DNA from: an uncultured Desulfosarcina sp.
Lineage (GTDB): Bacteria > Desulfobacterota > Desulfobacteria > Desulfobacterales > Desulfosarcinaceae
NCBI GenBank assembly: GCA_963674945.2
Contig: CAXXWQ010000004.1
Coordinates: 1,024,001-1,088,000 of the forward strand
Direction of reading: 5' to 3'
Length of the DNA: 64,000 nt
How positions within the stretch are numbered: the first letter of the stretch is position 1; each line of letters starts with the position of its first letter. The translations under genes and the position numbers were made by a program. Shown here piece by piece: positions 17,721-27,332 of the stretch. The notes under the pieces are model-generated. The model was not told the origin of the DNA. It made no database searches and saw nothing but the letters and a program-made list of their open reading frames with translations.

Positions 17721-20651
17721 TTGCCAATCCTTCCCATGACATTGACAGAATTTTTTGAACAGTACCGGTTCTGGCTTCTGGGCCTGTCCGGTTCGTTTGT
17801 ACTGATAGCGTTGATGCTATTTCTGGCGCACCGCTTAAAAACGAACTTACAGACTTCCGTTTTGGCCGCCGAAGAGAGAGAACAGTCCCGTGTCTTCCTG
17901 CAAACGGTTATTGACGGATTTCCAGAGGCATTGGTTGTGATCAACCGTGATTACTCCATGGCACTGACCAATCGGATGGCGAAAGAATTGGCAGGTGGCC
18001 ACGACTTTGCGACAATATGCGTCAAGTGTCCTCTGTTTTTATGTGACGATGCGTCCAGTTCTTGTTCAAACAAGGACAACTGTCCGATAACGAAAGCGAT
18101 GGATACACAGCAAACGGTTACCTTAGAGCACATTCACCAAAATATATCGGGCCATCGGCAGATCCTTGAAATCATAGCAACGCCAATCCTAGACGAAAAA
18201 GGAGAAAGCATCCAGGTCATCCAGTCATTTCGCGATGTAACCAAACGCAGAAAGGCGGAAGAAGAGCTGCGGAGAAATGAGGCGTTTCTGAACACACTGC
18301 TGGATGCCATTCCGCTCCCGGTGTTTTTCAAGGATGCAGATCGACGATATCTGGGCGTGAACCGAGCTTTCGAATCGTTTGTTGGTATAACCAAGGAACA
18401 ACTGGTGGGAAAAAGAGTCTATGAGATCCATCCGACCGAGCAGGCAAAAACCTACGACCAAAAGGATAAGGCGCTTTTACAAAACGGGGGCAGTCAGAAA
18501 TACGAATCCAAAATCTTGACCCATCATGGCCAACTATCTGATATTGTACTTAGAAAGGCTGCTTTTCATGACAACCAAGGCGATGTCATCGGGTTGATTG
18601 GGACCATCACCGATGTCACCGAGGGCAAACGGCATGAAAGGGTCCTCGCCGCCCGCCTGAGGCTCAGTAAGTTCTCGGACGGCCACACGGTCAGTGATTT
18701 GCTTCGACGATGCCTGGACGAAGCCGAACAACTTACGGAAAGTAAGATCGGTTTCTTTCATTTCCTGGAAGCCGACCAACAGACCCTTTCGTTGCAGATG
18801 TGGTCTACGAATACGGTGGAGCGCATGTGTCGGCTTGAGCATTCGAATACCCACTATCCCGTTGGCAAGGCGGGTGTCTGGGTCGATTGTATTCACAAAC
18901 GAAAGGCCGTTATTCACAACGACTATCCGAACCTTACGCATCGCAACGGATTTCCCGAGGGGCACGCACCGGTCATTCGGGAATTGGTGGTTCCTGTTTT
19001 CAGAGGTGAACACATCGTGGCGATTATCGGAGTCGGCAACAAGGAAAGGAATTATACCGAGCAGGATGTGAAAACCGTTTCGGATATTGCCGATATGGCA
19101 TGGGATATTGTTCTTAGAAAGAGGGCTGAAGACGCACTTAGGGAAAGCGAGGAACAATACCGAACCATGATGGAATCGATGGTCGATTCTGCGTACATCT
19201 GCGCTAAGGATTTTCGCGTGGAATATATGAACCCTGCAATGGTCGATCAGGTCGGGCACGACGGCTCAGGCGAACTCTGCTATGAGGCGATTCATGGTTT
19301 CAGCAAACCCTGCCCCGGTTGCATCCACGAAAAGGTGATGAAGGGCGAACAGGTCACCAACGAATATAGTGACGCCAAAAACAACAAGACATTTCATGTT
19401 TCCAGTTCTCCAATTTTTCATATGGATGGAACGATTTCCAAACTCACCGTGTTTCGCGACATTACGGAGATCAAAACAATGCAGACCCAACTCCAGCAAG
19501 CACAAAAAATGGAGGCCATCGGAGCACTGGCGAGTGGCATCGCGCACGACTTCAACAACTTGCTGTTTCCGGTGATGGGGTATGCAGAGATGCTCAAAGA
19601 AGATCTGCATCCGGAAGATCCGAAATATGATTTTGTCGATCAAATTCTCAAGGCGGCCAGTCGATCACGCGACCTGGTGTCTCAGATTCTGTCATTCAGC
19701 CGGCAGAACGATCAGCAGTTGATCGCATTGAAACTGCAGCCGATAATCAAAGAAGCCTTGAAATTTCTACGTTCATCGATCCCAACGACGATTGATATCC
19801 GCCATCGCATTGATTCGGATTGTGGTATGGTATTCGCCGATCCAACCCAGATTCATCAAATCATTATAAACCTTTGTACTAATTCTCTGCACGCCCTGGA
19901 AGGAAAAGAAGGCAGAATAGACGTGACGTTGCATCAGGTTTTCGTGAAGGAACCGCAACGGCTCTCCGTCAATTTGTCACCAGGAAAATACGCACGCATA
20001 ATCGTTTCCGACACAGGGCATGGCATCAACAGTGACATCATCAACAAAGTCTTCGATCCGTATTTCACAACCAAGGAAGTCGGAAAGGGAACAGGATTGG
20101 GACTATCCGTGGTTCTGGGAATCGTCAGAAACTGCATGGGAGATATCCGAATATCCAGTTCCCCCGGATCCAAAACGACGGTCGAGATCTACCTGCCGAT
20201 TGTCAAAAATGCAGTCGATACAAGTATTGAAAACGATGTACTTTCGATAAAAGGAGGCTCGGAATCCATACTGGTGGTTGACGACGAAAAGGAAATCGTC
20301 AGAATGTTCAAGCAGATGCTCGAACGTTTGGGGTATGGGGTCTCGCCCCATACAAGCAGTATGGATGCCTTGACGGCATTTAAAATCAATCCCCATGACT
20401 TCGATCTGATTTTAAGTGACATGACCATGCCCAATAAGACGGGAATTCAACTGGCCATGGAAGCAAAACAAATCCGATCCGACATTCCGATTCTCATCTG
20501 TACGGGTTTCAGTGATCAGATTGATGAAGGGAAAAGCAAAGCCGCGGGTATACAGGGAATACTGAAAAAACCGATCATTTCCCATGATTTGGCAAGGGCC
20601 ATACGAGAGGTCTTGGACAGCCGGAACAAAAGCATCCCAACCAACAATTGA
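17721..20651 (+). CDS. Hybrid sensor histidine kinase (TM-PAS-PAS-GAF-PAS-HisKA-HATPase-REC); 5' end uncertain
   Basis: GIAHDFNN, FDPYFTTKEVGKGTGLGL, ILVVDDE, DMTMP, KKP. Confidence 0.9.
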   Translation: MPILPMTLTEFFEQYRFWLLGLSGSFVLIALMLFLAHRLKTNLQTSVLAAEEREQSRVFLQTVIDGFPEALVVINRDYSMALTNRMAKELAGGHDFATICVKCPLFLCDDASSSCSNKDNCPITKAMDTQQTVTLEHIHQNISGHRQILEIIATPILDEKGESIQVIQSFRDVTKRRKAEEELRRNEAFLNTLLDAIPLPVFFKDADRRYLGVNRAFESFVGITKEQLVGKRVYEIHPTEQAKTYDQKDKALLQNGGSQKYESKILTHHGQLSDIVLRKAAFHDNQGDVIGLIGTITDVTEGKRHERVLAARLRLSKFSDGHTVSDLLRRCLDEAEQLTESKIGFFHFLEADQQTLSLQMWSTNTVERMCRLEHSNTHYPVGKAGVWVDCIHKRKAVIHNDYPNLTHRNGFPEGHAPVIRELVVPVFRGEHIVAIIGVGNKERNYTEQDVKTVSDIADMAWDIVLRKRAEDALRESEEQYRTMMESMVDSAYICAKDFRVEYMNPAMVDQVGHDGSGELCYEAIHGFSKPCPGCIHEKVMKGEQVTNEYSDAKNNKTFHVSSSPIFHMDGTISKLTVFRDITEIKTMQTQLQQAQKMEAIGALASGIAHDFNNLLFPVMGYAEMLKEDLHPEDPKYDFVDQILKAASRSRDLVSQILSFSRQNDQQLIALKLQPIIKEALKFLRSSIPTTIDIRHRIDSDCGMVFADPTQIHQIIINLCTNSLHALEGKEGRIDVTLHQVFVKEPQRLSVNLSPGKYARIIVSDTGHGINSDIINKVFDPYFTTKEVGKGTGLGLSVVLGIVRNCMGDIRISSSPGSKTTVEIYLPIVKNAVDTSIENDVLSIKGGSESILVVDDEKEIVRMFKQMLERLGYGVSPHTSSMDALTAFKINPHDFDLILSDMTMPNKTGIQLAMEAKQIRSDIPILICTGFSDQIDEGKSKAAGIQGILKKPIISHDLARAIREVLDSRNKSIPTNN

Positions 20652-20719
20652 TTGCCGCTTTTTCCTTTTTTTTACATTTGAGAATCAGATATTACTTCTC
20701 TCTCATCCATCCCTTTGGG

Positions 20720-20748
20720 TTTGGGGCTTGATGCGTTTTTCAACAAAG
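20720..20748 (+). repeat. 29-bp direct repeat, copy 1
   Basis: TTTGGGGCTTGATGCGTTTTTCAACAAAG; 27/29 identical to 22952-22980. Confidence 0.85.
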
Positions 20749-20910
20749 CAAGCATCAGCGGATCAATGACGCCAACGCCCCTAACAACACCATCGTTCAT
20801 ATACTTTTTTAGTCTTCTATCCGCCAGTTGCCTGCTTCCACCGGATTTTTTTCCCAATCTGTCGAAAGTCTCTCTCGGTACGAATTCAAGTTCTCTGATC
20901 AATTTTTATC
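20749..20910 (-). pseudogene. Lrp/AsnC-family HTH fragment
   Basis: (DK)KLIRELEFVPRETFDRLGKKSGGSRQLADRRLKKYMNDGVVRGVGVIDP matches the AsnC wHTH pattern; broken at 5' and cut at the repeat. Confidence 0.6.
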
Positions 20911-21380
20911 GCATTCTGTTGGAAACGGTTGTTGCGCTTACCATGCCGCTGTAGCATTTGGCAGGAACTTCATGTCTGCATAATTTATTATGTTATGTAT
21001 GGCTGTTATAAAATAACACAATAGATATATTATAATTCTTACTCTTGACTTATGTAATATTTTTTTGATGTACACAGTTTTTCAAATTGCTCTTTGGGTG
21101 CAGACGTTTTGATTTTCCAAAGTGGCACAAAAAAATTTCATCCATAAAAAATGCAGCAATAATAAAGAAATAAGGGGATCATGATCATGGCGACACGATA
21201 ACTGAAACTGGGGAAAATGGAAAATGCTCCCGAATGGTATGGCAAGCCGCTCCTTGAACGCTAGGAAGGCCACATATTGGGCTGAAAGACATCTTTGATA
21301 TGGGTTCTACGTTCTTCAATAAGGGCAAGACGATGTGATAGACCATATCGTCTATCGAACATGAAAAATAATGGTGAGAA

Positions 21381-22631
21381 ATGAGCATAATTAGGTCTGT
21401 ACGTTGCAGTATTTTGTCTATGGCAGTATTTATTTTAATCACCGGCAATGTTTTTGCAGGGGCGGCCCCCAGAAACATTACAACGCAGAGCGCCCAGGCA
21501 TGGCTTAGCGGTTTAGGTCGATTTGCGGAGACCGAAGACGCGGACACTGTGCTTAACAATCCAGCGGGCGCGGCGTACATGGATGATGGCATACATATTC
21601 ACTTATCGATAATGATGGGGGATAATATTTATAATATTAAGAATGTGGAAACCGGTGTGGAATATGAAAACGAATCCCTCGGAATGATTCCCGACTTTGC
21701 GTTAACGTATAAGAAAAACAATTGGGCCGTTTTTCAAACCATTTCCTTTCCAGGTGGCAAAGGATCGGGAAATTATGATAAACACCCCCTTTTTGATTAT
21801 ATGGCCGATAACTTTGGCCAAAATATTGCGGCCGAGAATCAGAAATTTGAGTTTTCCGGTGGTAAAACGGCCTTTTCGCTTGGAGGGGCCTGGGCAATAA
21901 ATGATATGTTTTCGGTTGGATATGCCATGCGAGCAGTTTATTCATCAAGTTTTGTCGATGCCGAAGCGACATTTATCAACCAGGATACCGGACAAGAACT
22001 TGGCCGCTTTAGACTGGACCAAGAGTACGAGGGTTGGGGCATCGGGCACTCGTTTTGCGTGCTTTTCAACTACGATGAGTTCAAACTTGGCCTGCGATTC
22101 GATCCTGTAGTAAAAATCAAAGAGAAAGCTGACATAAAACCAGGCGACGATTCCGGAATCCCCAATGGGTCAAAAGAAAACCAGGATCTTCCGCCCGCTC
22201 TGCTTACAGGTGCAAGTTATCAACTCACGCCTAAATTCAAGTTCGGTGGCGGATTCGTCTATTATTGGCAAAAAGGTATTAATGGAGACGATGAACCGAT
22301 TACGGAGCAGTGGGATAACGCCTGGGAAATACAAGGATTCGTTGAATACGCACTTACACCGGAATGGGAGCTATTGGCCGGTGTTAATTACATTTATCAT
22401 GGTCTTCCAGACGAAGTGTATACGTTAGCAAATACGTCATTTTCCAATTGTTGGTCCTTCAATGCGGGTGCACAGTGGCGTCCCATACCCCATTGGACCT
22501 TTATAATGGGCCTCGGACATGCTTTTTACCCGAACAACCCAAAGACTGACGCTGAAGAAATCGGACTTTTCGAAAGAAGTGCAGGCAGACCGGTAATCAA
22601 TTTTATAGCTGGTATTGAGTACAAGAGATAA
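21381..22631 (+). CDS. OmpP1/FadL-family outer-membrane transport protein
   Basis: Signal peptide, ADTVLNNPAGAAYM, aromatic beta-strands, C-terminal AGIEYKR. Confidence 0.75.
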   Translation: MSIIRSVRCSILSMAVFILITGNVFAGAAPRNITTQSAQAWLSGLGRFAETEDADTVLNNPAGAAYMDDGIHIHLSIMMGDNIYNIKNVETGVEYENESLGMIPDFALTYKKNNWAVFQTISFPGGKGSGNYDKHPLFDYMADNFGQNIAAENQKFEFSGGKTAFSLGGAWAINDMFSVGYAMRAVYSSSFVDAEATFINQDTGQELGRFRLDQEYEGWGIGHSFCVLFNYDEFKLGLRFDPVVKIKEKADIKPGDDSGIPNGSKENQDLPPALLTGASYQLTPKFKFGGGFVYYWQKGINGDDEPITEQWDNAWEIQGFVEYALTPEWELLAGVNYIYHGLPDEVYTLANTSFSNCWSFNAGAQWRPIPHWTFIMGLGHAFYPNNPKTDAEEIGLFERSAGRPVINFIAGIEYKR

Positions 22632-22644
22632 TTTGTAGAAGTTC

Positions 22645-22697
22645 TAATTTGATCTGACAGTTACCAATTTTTAGAAGGTGTCTGTCAGGTCAAATTA
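22645..22697 (+). terminator. Long hairpin after the FadL-like gene
   Basis: TAATTTGATCTGACAG pairs with CTGTCAGGTCAAATTA. Confidence 0.65.
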
Positions 22698-22951
22698 AGG
22701 CTACTTTTATCTCTTCTCAGAGGCATCTTCCATTTTTAAGCGGCTCGGTTCCCACACGCCCAATGCCGACTGTAACGGATACCTCTCCAACACGGTGCCA
22801 GTCGGCCTCTACTGCAGATATATTCAATCCGACCTTCCGAAATCATCGAAAGAGCTATTACAGATTCCAACCCTATCCAAACTTTGACTCAATTACAGAT
22901 ACGCTTTGCATGCAAAAGAAAAATGGGACCAAAGTAATCTATAGCTTGGTT

Positions 22952-22980
22952 TTTGGGGCTTGATGCGTTTAACAACAAAG
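22952..22980 (+). repeat. 29-bp direct repeat, copy 2
   Basis: TTTGGGGCTTGATGCGTTTAACAACAAAG. Confidence 0.85.
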
Positions 22981-23060
22981 GGTATGTTGGCTCGATATCG
23001 CACCCATTAGAACACATGCCATACCCGGCACCAGAAGCGTTATGTTATCAAGGATAGGCA

Positions 23061-24260
23061 ATGAATAAAAAGGACTTAATACAAATCGCGGACACGACGC
23101 TGCTCAAAGTAACGGATAGACCCGAAATCGTAATGCAAAAAGGAAAAGGCCTGTATCTTTTCGATACCGAAGGCAACCGATATCTGGACTTTGTCGGCGG
23201 CTGGGCGGTAAACTGCCTGGGCCACTGCCCCGAGGTCATTTCCGATGTTCTCGCTGAACAGTCCCGTCTTTTGATCAACGCAAGTCCCTCTTTCTACAAT
23301 CTGCCCATGCTGGAATATGCGGATCGATTGACGAAAAACAGCTGTTTCGAGCGTGTCTTTTTTACGTCCACCGGTGCTGAGGCCAATGAAGGCGCAATAA
23401 AACTGGCCAGAAAATACGGTACCGTTCATAAACACGGTGCCTATGAGGTGATTACCACCCATCAAGGCTTTCACGGCAGGACATTGACGACAATGTCGGC
23501 AACGGGAAAGACGCAATGGGAAAACCTTTTCGAGCCGAAAACAAAAGGGTTCGTAAAAACGATATTCAATGATTTTGAATCCGTCAGAGAGGCCGTCACG
23601 GAAAGAACGTGCGCGATTATGATTGAGCCGATTCAAGGAGAAGGGGGTGTAAACGTTGCCACTGCCGATTATGTGAGAAAATTGCGCAATCTATGCGACC
23701 GGGAAAATATCCTTCTCATATTCGACGAAATTCAGACCGGCATGGGAAGAACCGGCAAGTTGTTTTGCTATGAACACTACGGCATCGAACCGGATATCAT
23801 GACGCTGGGCAAGGGGATCGGCGGCGGTTTTCCGCTGTCGGCACTGCTCGCCAAAGAGCGCCTGAATATTTTCCAACCCGGCGACCAGGGCGGCACTTAC
23901 ACGGCACAACCTTTGGCCATGTCGGTGGGTCTTGCCGTACTCAAGGAATTGCAACGAAAAAATCTGATCGCTCACTGCGAAAAAATGGGTGGCTTCATCT
24001 TGCACCGGCTGTCCGTGTTATCCAAAATCCATGACATCGAGAACATCAGGGGAAAGGGATTGCTGATCGCATTTGATCTGCAAAAAATGAACGGGGCCGA
24101 GTTGGTAAACAGATGCCTGAAGGACAAACTTTTGATTAATTCACCAAAAGAAAAGTCAATCCGGCTCATGCCGCCACTCATCGTCAATGAAGACGAAATT
24201 GAGGAAATGTTGACGATTTTACAAAAAAATATAGAGTGCACCACTGGGGAAACGACATGA
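23061..24260 (+). CDS. argD: Acetylornithine aminotransferase (class III PLP)
   Basis: GAEANEGAIKLAR, FHGRT, EPIQGEGG, FDEIQTGMGRTG, LGKGIGGG. Confidence 0.88.
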   Translation: MNKKDLIQIADTTLLKVTDRPEIVMQKGKGLYLFDTEGNRYLDFVGGWAVNCLGHCPEVISDVLAEQSRLLINASPSFYNLPMLEYADRLTKNSCFERVFFTSTGAEANEGAIKLARKYGTVHKHGAYEVITTHQGFHGRTLTTMSATGKTQWENLFEPKTKGFVKTIFNDFESVREAVTERTCAIMIEPIQGEGGVNVATADYVRKLRNLCDRENILLIFDEIQTGMGRTGKLFCYEHYGIEPDIMTLGKGIGGGFPLSALLAKERLNIFQPGDQGGTYTAQPLAMSVGLAVLKELQRKNLIAHCEKMGGFILHRLSVLSKIHDIENIRGKGLLIAFDLQKMNGAELVNRCLKDKLLINSPKEKSIRLMPPLIVNEDEIEEMLTILQKNIECTTGETT

Positions 24261-25138
24261 GGTATCAGGGGAAAGTATACAGACCGCCTTTTGAGGCCAA
24301 CGGCTTGCTGATTCAGGCGACACTGGGTTGCACACATAACCGATGCATGTATTGCGGCATGTATCGTGATAAAAAGTTTCAAATTCGCCCTTTTGAAGAA
24401 ATAGAAGAGGATCTGATCATCGCGAAAAAGACCTACCATACCGTGCCTTCAGTTTTCCTCATGGACGCGAACCCATTAGCGCTGAGCATGGAACGGTTAC
24501 GGCCGATTTATCATAAAATCAGAGAACTTTTTCCCGATGTTCAACACATCAACATGTATGGAAGGTATTCCGATGTCCTGAGAAAAAGCCGGGAGGAGCT
24601 TTATGAACTCAAGAATCTTGGATTATCGTGCCTTACCGTGGGAATCGAGTCCGGGAGCGACACGATTTTAAAAAAAATCAACAAGGGCTTTACTTCCGAG
24701 AACATTATCCGGGCCTCCGCCATGTTAAAAGCCGCCGGCATTGCCCAGTTTACATCGATTATTCTGGGGATCGGCGGCATATCCGGTTCCTATGAGCATA
24801 CTACGGAATCCATTCGCGTTCTAAACGAGACAAAACCGGAAGGTGTCGGCCTCAGTACCCTCAGGCCACAGGAAAAGACGCCTTTATATGAGCAGATACA
24901 AGACGGTTCATTCGAGCTTCCCACCTATGAGATCGTATATGGCGAATGCATACGAATGTTACGGGAGATGGAATCGCCTTCCACTGTGTTCATAGCAGGC
25001 TTTTTAGAGCCGCAGCCGATTGTAAAAAATGGTATCGTGGGAAAGGATGCTGAGCCTTTCTGTCGATCGTTAGAGGATGCATATCGATCGAACACTGAAG
25101 CCTTGAAAAAGAAGATTCCTGTGGGCCTGCCTTTTTAA
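24257..25138 (+). CDS. Radical SAM protein
   Basis: YRPPFEA, CTHNRCMYC (CxxxCxxC), GIESG; ATGA overlap with the argD stop. Confidence 0.9.
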   Translation: MRYQGKVYRPPFEANGLLIQATLGCTHNRCMYCGMYRDKKFQIRPFEEIEEDLIIAKKTYHTVPSVFLMDANPLALSMERLRPIYHKIRELFPDVQHINMYGRYSDVLRKSREELYELKNLGLSCLTVGIESGSDTILKKINKGFTSENIIRASAMLKAAGIAQFTSIILGIGGISGSYEHTTESIRVLNETKPEGVGLSTLRPQEKTPLYEQIQDGSFELPTYEIVYGECIRMLREMESPSTVFIAGFLEPQPIVKNGIVGKDAEPFCRSLEDAYRSNTEALKKKIPVGLPF

Positions 25139-25337
25139 TCATTTCATTTTGGTTGACGCCATCTCTTGACGAGCAATTCGCTGATCGTCCTGCAGATAGA
25201 AGTGTCTCACTCGATTTTCAATTATGAGAATATCCTCAATTAAAAAATGAGACATATAATTCGTATCTAAATTTTTCCGGCACACCAACATATTTTTCTC
25301 CAACATACCTTAATTTATATGGTTACTTGCTTGTACT

Positions 25338-25400
25338 GATAACAATTATCGATAATCATAATTCCCATTCAAATTCTTATCGATATTATAAATTTGATAA
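25338..25400. promoter_or_regulatory. Candidate transcription-factor sites in an AT-rich promoter region
   Basis: Palindrome GATAA-CAA-TTATC (25338-25350) and TTATC...GATAA (25377-25400). Confidence 0.3.
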
Positions 25401-25590
25401 AACCATTCAGATCGGTTAGGTTTCTTTTATCCACACGCTGAATGATGAACAATTCTCCAATACAATGTAGATGTTTTTCAAAGCGGTTGTAAACGAATGT
25501 CAAGCACATCCGTCATGGGAAAACGACACCCCATTGGACCCAACGGATGATAAATACTCAAACAGGTTAAACGAAATATAGGAGATTCTC

Positions 25591-26598
25591 ATGAAAAAAA
25601 TTTTCTCTGCAACAGCGATGCTAATTCTTTTTCTGCCCGGGTTCTCGTTTGCGGAAATTCCCTCGGGGAAATTGACCCTCACCCTGACGCCGGCCGTGGA
25701 AAAGGGAGTCAAAAACGTTGATCTGTGGGTGCCCTATCCCATGAGCGATGAATTCCAGACCATTTCGGACATGTCCGTCACGGGAAATTACACCGCGTCG
25801 GCCATTTACCGTGACCCGGCATCCGAAGCCGTATACGTTCACGCCACGTGGACGAACCCGTCCGCGCAACCCCGTTGCGAAATGTCATTTCACGTCAGCC
25901 AGAAAGACCGGCGCAACACCAACCTGAAAGATTCGGGAAAGGATTACCCCGAGCTGGTATCCCGTTACCTGGAATCGACCCAATATGTTCCGGCCGACGA
26001 TTTCGAGATGAAGAACATCGCCGATAATGCGATCAAGGGGAAAAAGGGCACGCTGGAAAAAGCGCAGGCCGTATACGACTGGGTGGTGGAAAACACCTAC
26101 CGTGACCCTGAAGTCAAAGGCTGCGGCCTTGGAATTCCGGGCCGGACACTTCAACAGTGCGGGGGCGGCGGCAAATGTGCCGACCTGTCCACCGTGTTCG
26201 TGACCCTGGCCCGTGCCGCGGGAATTCCGGCCCGGGACGTATATGGACTTCGCCTTGGATCGCCCAAGGACGGGGACGTGACCAGCGGATTCCACTGCTG
26301 GGCCGAATTTTACCTTCCGGGCACCGGATGGGTGATGGTGGATCCGGCCGATGTTCGCAAAATGATGCTGGTTCATAAAGTCAAACTCGAAGATGCCGAT
26401 GACTGGAGAACCTTTTTCTGGGGCGGCGATGACCTGTTCCGCGTTGTCCTTGAAAAGAATTCCCGCGGCGTAAAACTGAACGGTGCCAAAGAGCCCGTTA
26501 ACTACTTCATGTATCCGGCAGCCCAGGTGGATGGAACGATGCTCAACTATTTCGACGCAAAATCCTTCAGCTATAAGGTTACCTTTGCAAAGGAGTAA
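25591..26598 (+). CDS. Exported transglutaminase-like protein
   Basis: Signal peptide; GGKCADLS (Cys), HCWAEFY (His), VDPAD (Asp); AGGAG RBS. Confidence 0.9.
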   Translation: MKKIFSATAMLILFLPGFSFAEIPSGKLTLTLTPAVEKGVKNVDLWVPYPMSDEFQTISDMSVTGNYTASAIYRDPASEAVYVHATWTNPSAQPRCEMSFHVSQKDRRNTNLKDSGKDYPELVSRYLESTQYVPADDFEMKNIADNAIKGKKGTLEKAQAVYDWVVENTYRDPEVKGCGLGIPGRTLQQCGGGGKCADLSTVFVTLARAAGIPARDVYGLRLGSPKDGDVTSGFHCWAEFYLPGTGWVMVDPADVRKMMLVHKVKLEDADDWRTFFWGGDDLFRVVLEKNSRGVKLNGAKEPVNYFMYPAAQVDGTMLNYFDAKSFSYKVTFAKE

Positions 26599-26619
26599 TC
26601 CGGAGTCGCAACCAATACC

Positions 26620-26653
26620 GGTCCGGAAGCTTCGGCTTCCGGGCCTTTTTTTT
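26620..26653 (+). terminator. Strong Rho-independent terminator
   Basis: GGTCCGGAAGC-TTCG-GCTTCCGGGCC followed by T8. Confidence 0.85.
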
Positions 26654-26681
26654 ACCATTCATCCAACCAAGCGAGATTTTC

Positions 26682-27332
26682 ATGGAAAACAGACGACACT
26701 TTATCAAAAACGGCTTGATGCTCTGTCTGGGAGCCGGCAGTGCACTGGCCGGCGGGACGGCACTTGCCTTTCCTTCCACCGGCACGAAACGCTGGGGGAT
26801 GATCATCGACAGCGCCCGTTGTTCGGGATGCCAGTCCTGCATGGTTGCCTGCAAACTCCAGAACGACACCGCCCCGGGTAGCTTCAACACCACCATCACG
26901 GAAAGGGAATCCGGAACCTATCCCAACGCCGGAATTCGATTTGAGGCCAACCTGTGCCGTCACTGCACAGATGCTCCTTGTGTATCGGCCTGTCCCACCG
27001 GTGCGGCCTTTGTTCACGAATCCGGCCTGGTGATGACCGACTGGAAACGCTGTGACGGAAACGGGGCTTGCATAGATGCCTGCCCTTACGAAGCCCGGTT
27101 CCATGACATCCGGTTCGAGAATAAAACGGACAAATGCGACCTGTGCCTCCACCGAATCAGTCAGGGGCTCGTTCCTGCCTGTGTGGAAAACTGCTCGTCC
27201 GGCGCCCGGATCTTCGGACGTCTGGACAAACCCGAGGGAGAATTCGCCCGATACCTGCAATCAATTCCTGCAAGTCAGCAGAAAACGGGTGCAGTGTTCA
27301 TTATTGCCGCAGACAAGAAGGGAGGCCGATGA
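26682..27332 (+). CDS. ttrB: TtrB-like 4Fe-4S electron-transfer subunit with Tat signal
   Basis: NRRHFIK, CSGCQSC, CRHCTDAPCVSACP, CIDACPY, KCDLC. Confidence 0.8.
   Translation: MENRRHFIKNGLMLCLGAGSALAGGTALAFPSTGTKRWGMIIDSARCSGCQSCMVACKLQNDTAPGSFNTTITERESGTYPNAGIRFEANLCRHCTDAPCVSACPTGAAFVHESGLVMTDWKRCDGNGACIDACPYEARFHDIRFENKTDKCDLCLHRISQGLVPACVENCSSGARIFGRLDKPEGEFARYLQSIPASQQKTGAVFIIAADKKGGR

Noticed and set aside
20672..20902. Intact 76-aa protein
   Set aside because: Chimera of an Lrp fragment and read-through into the 29-bp repeat
27134..27328. N-terminal extension of TtrA in the ORF track
   Set aside because: Overlaps ttrB; the GGAGG RBS and Tat motif support a start at 27329/27332
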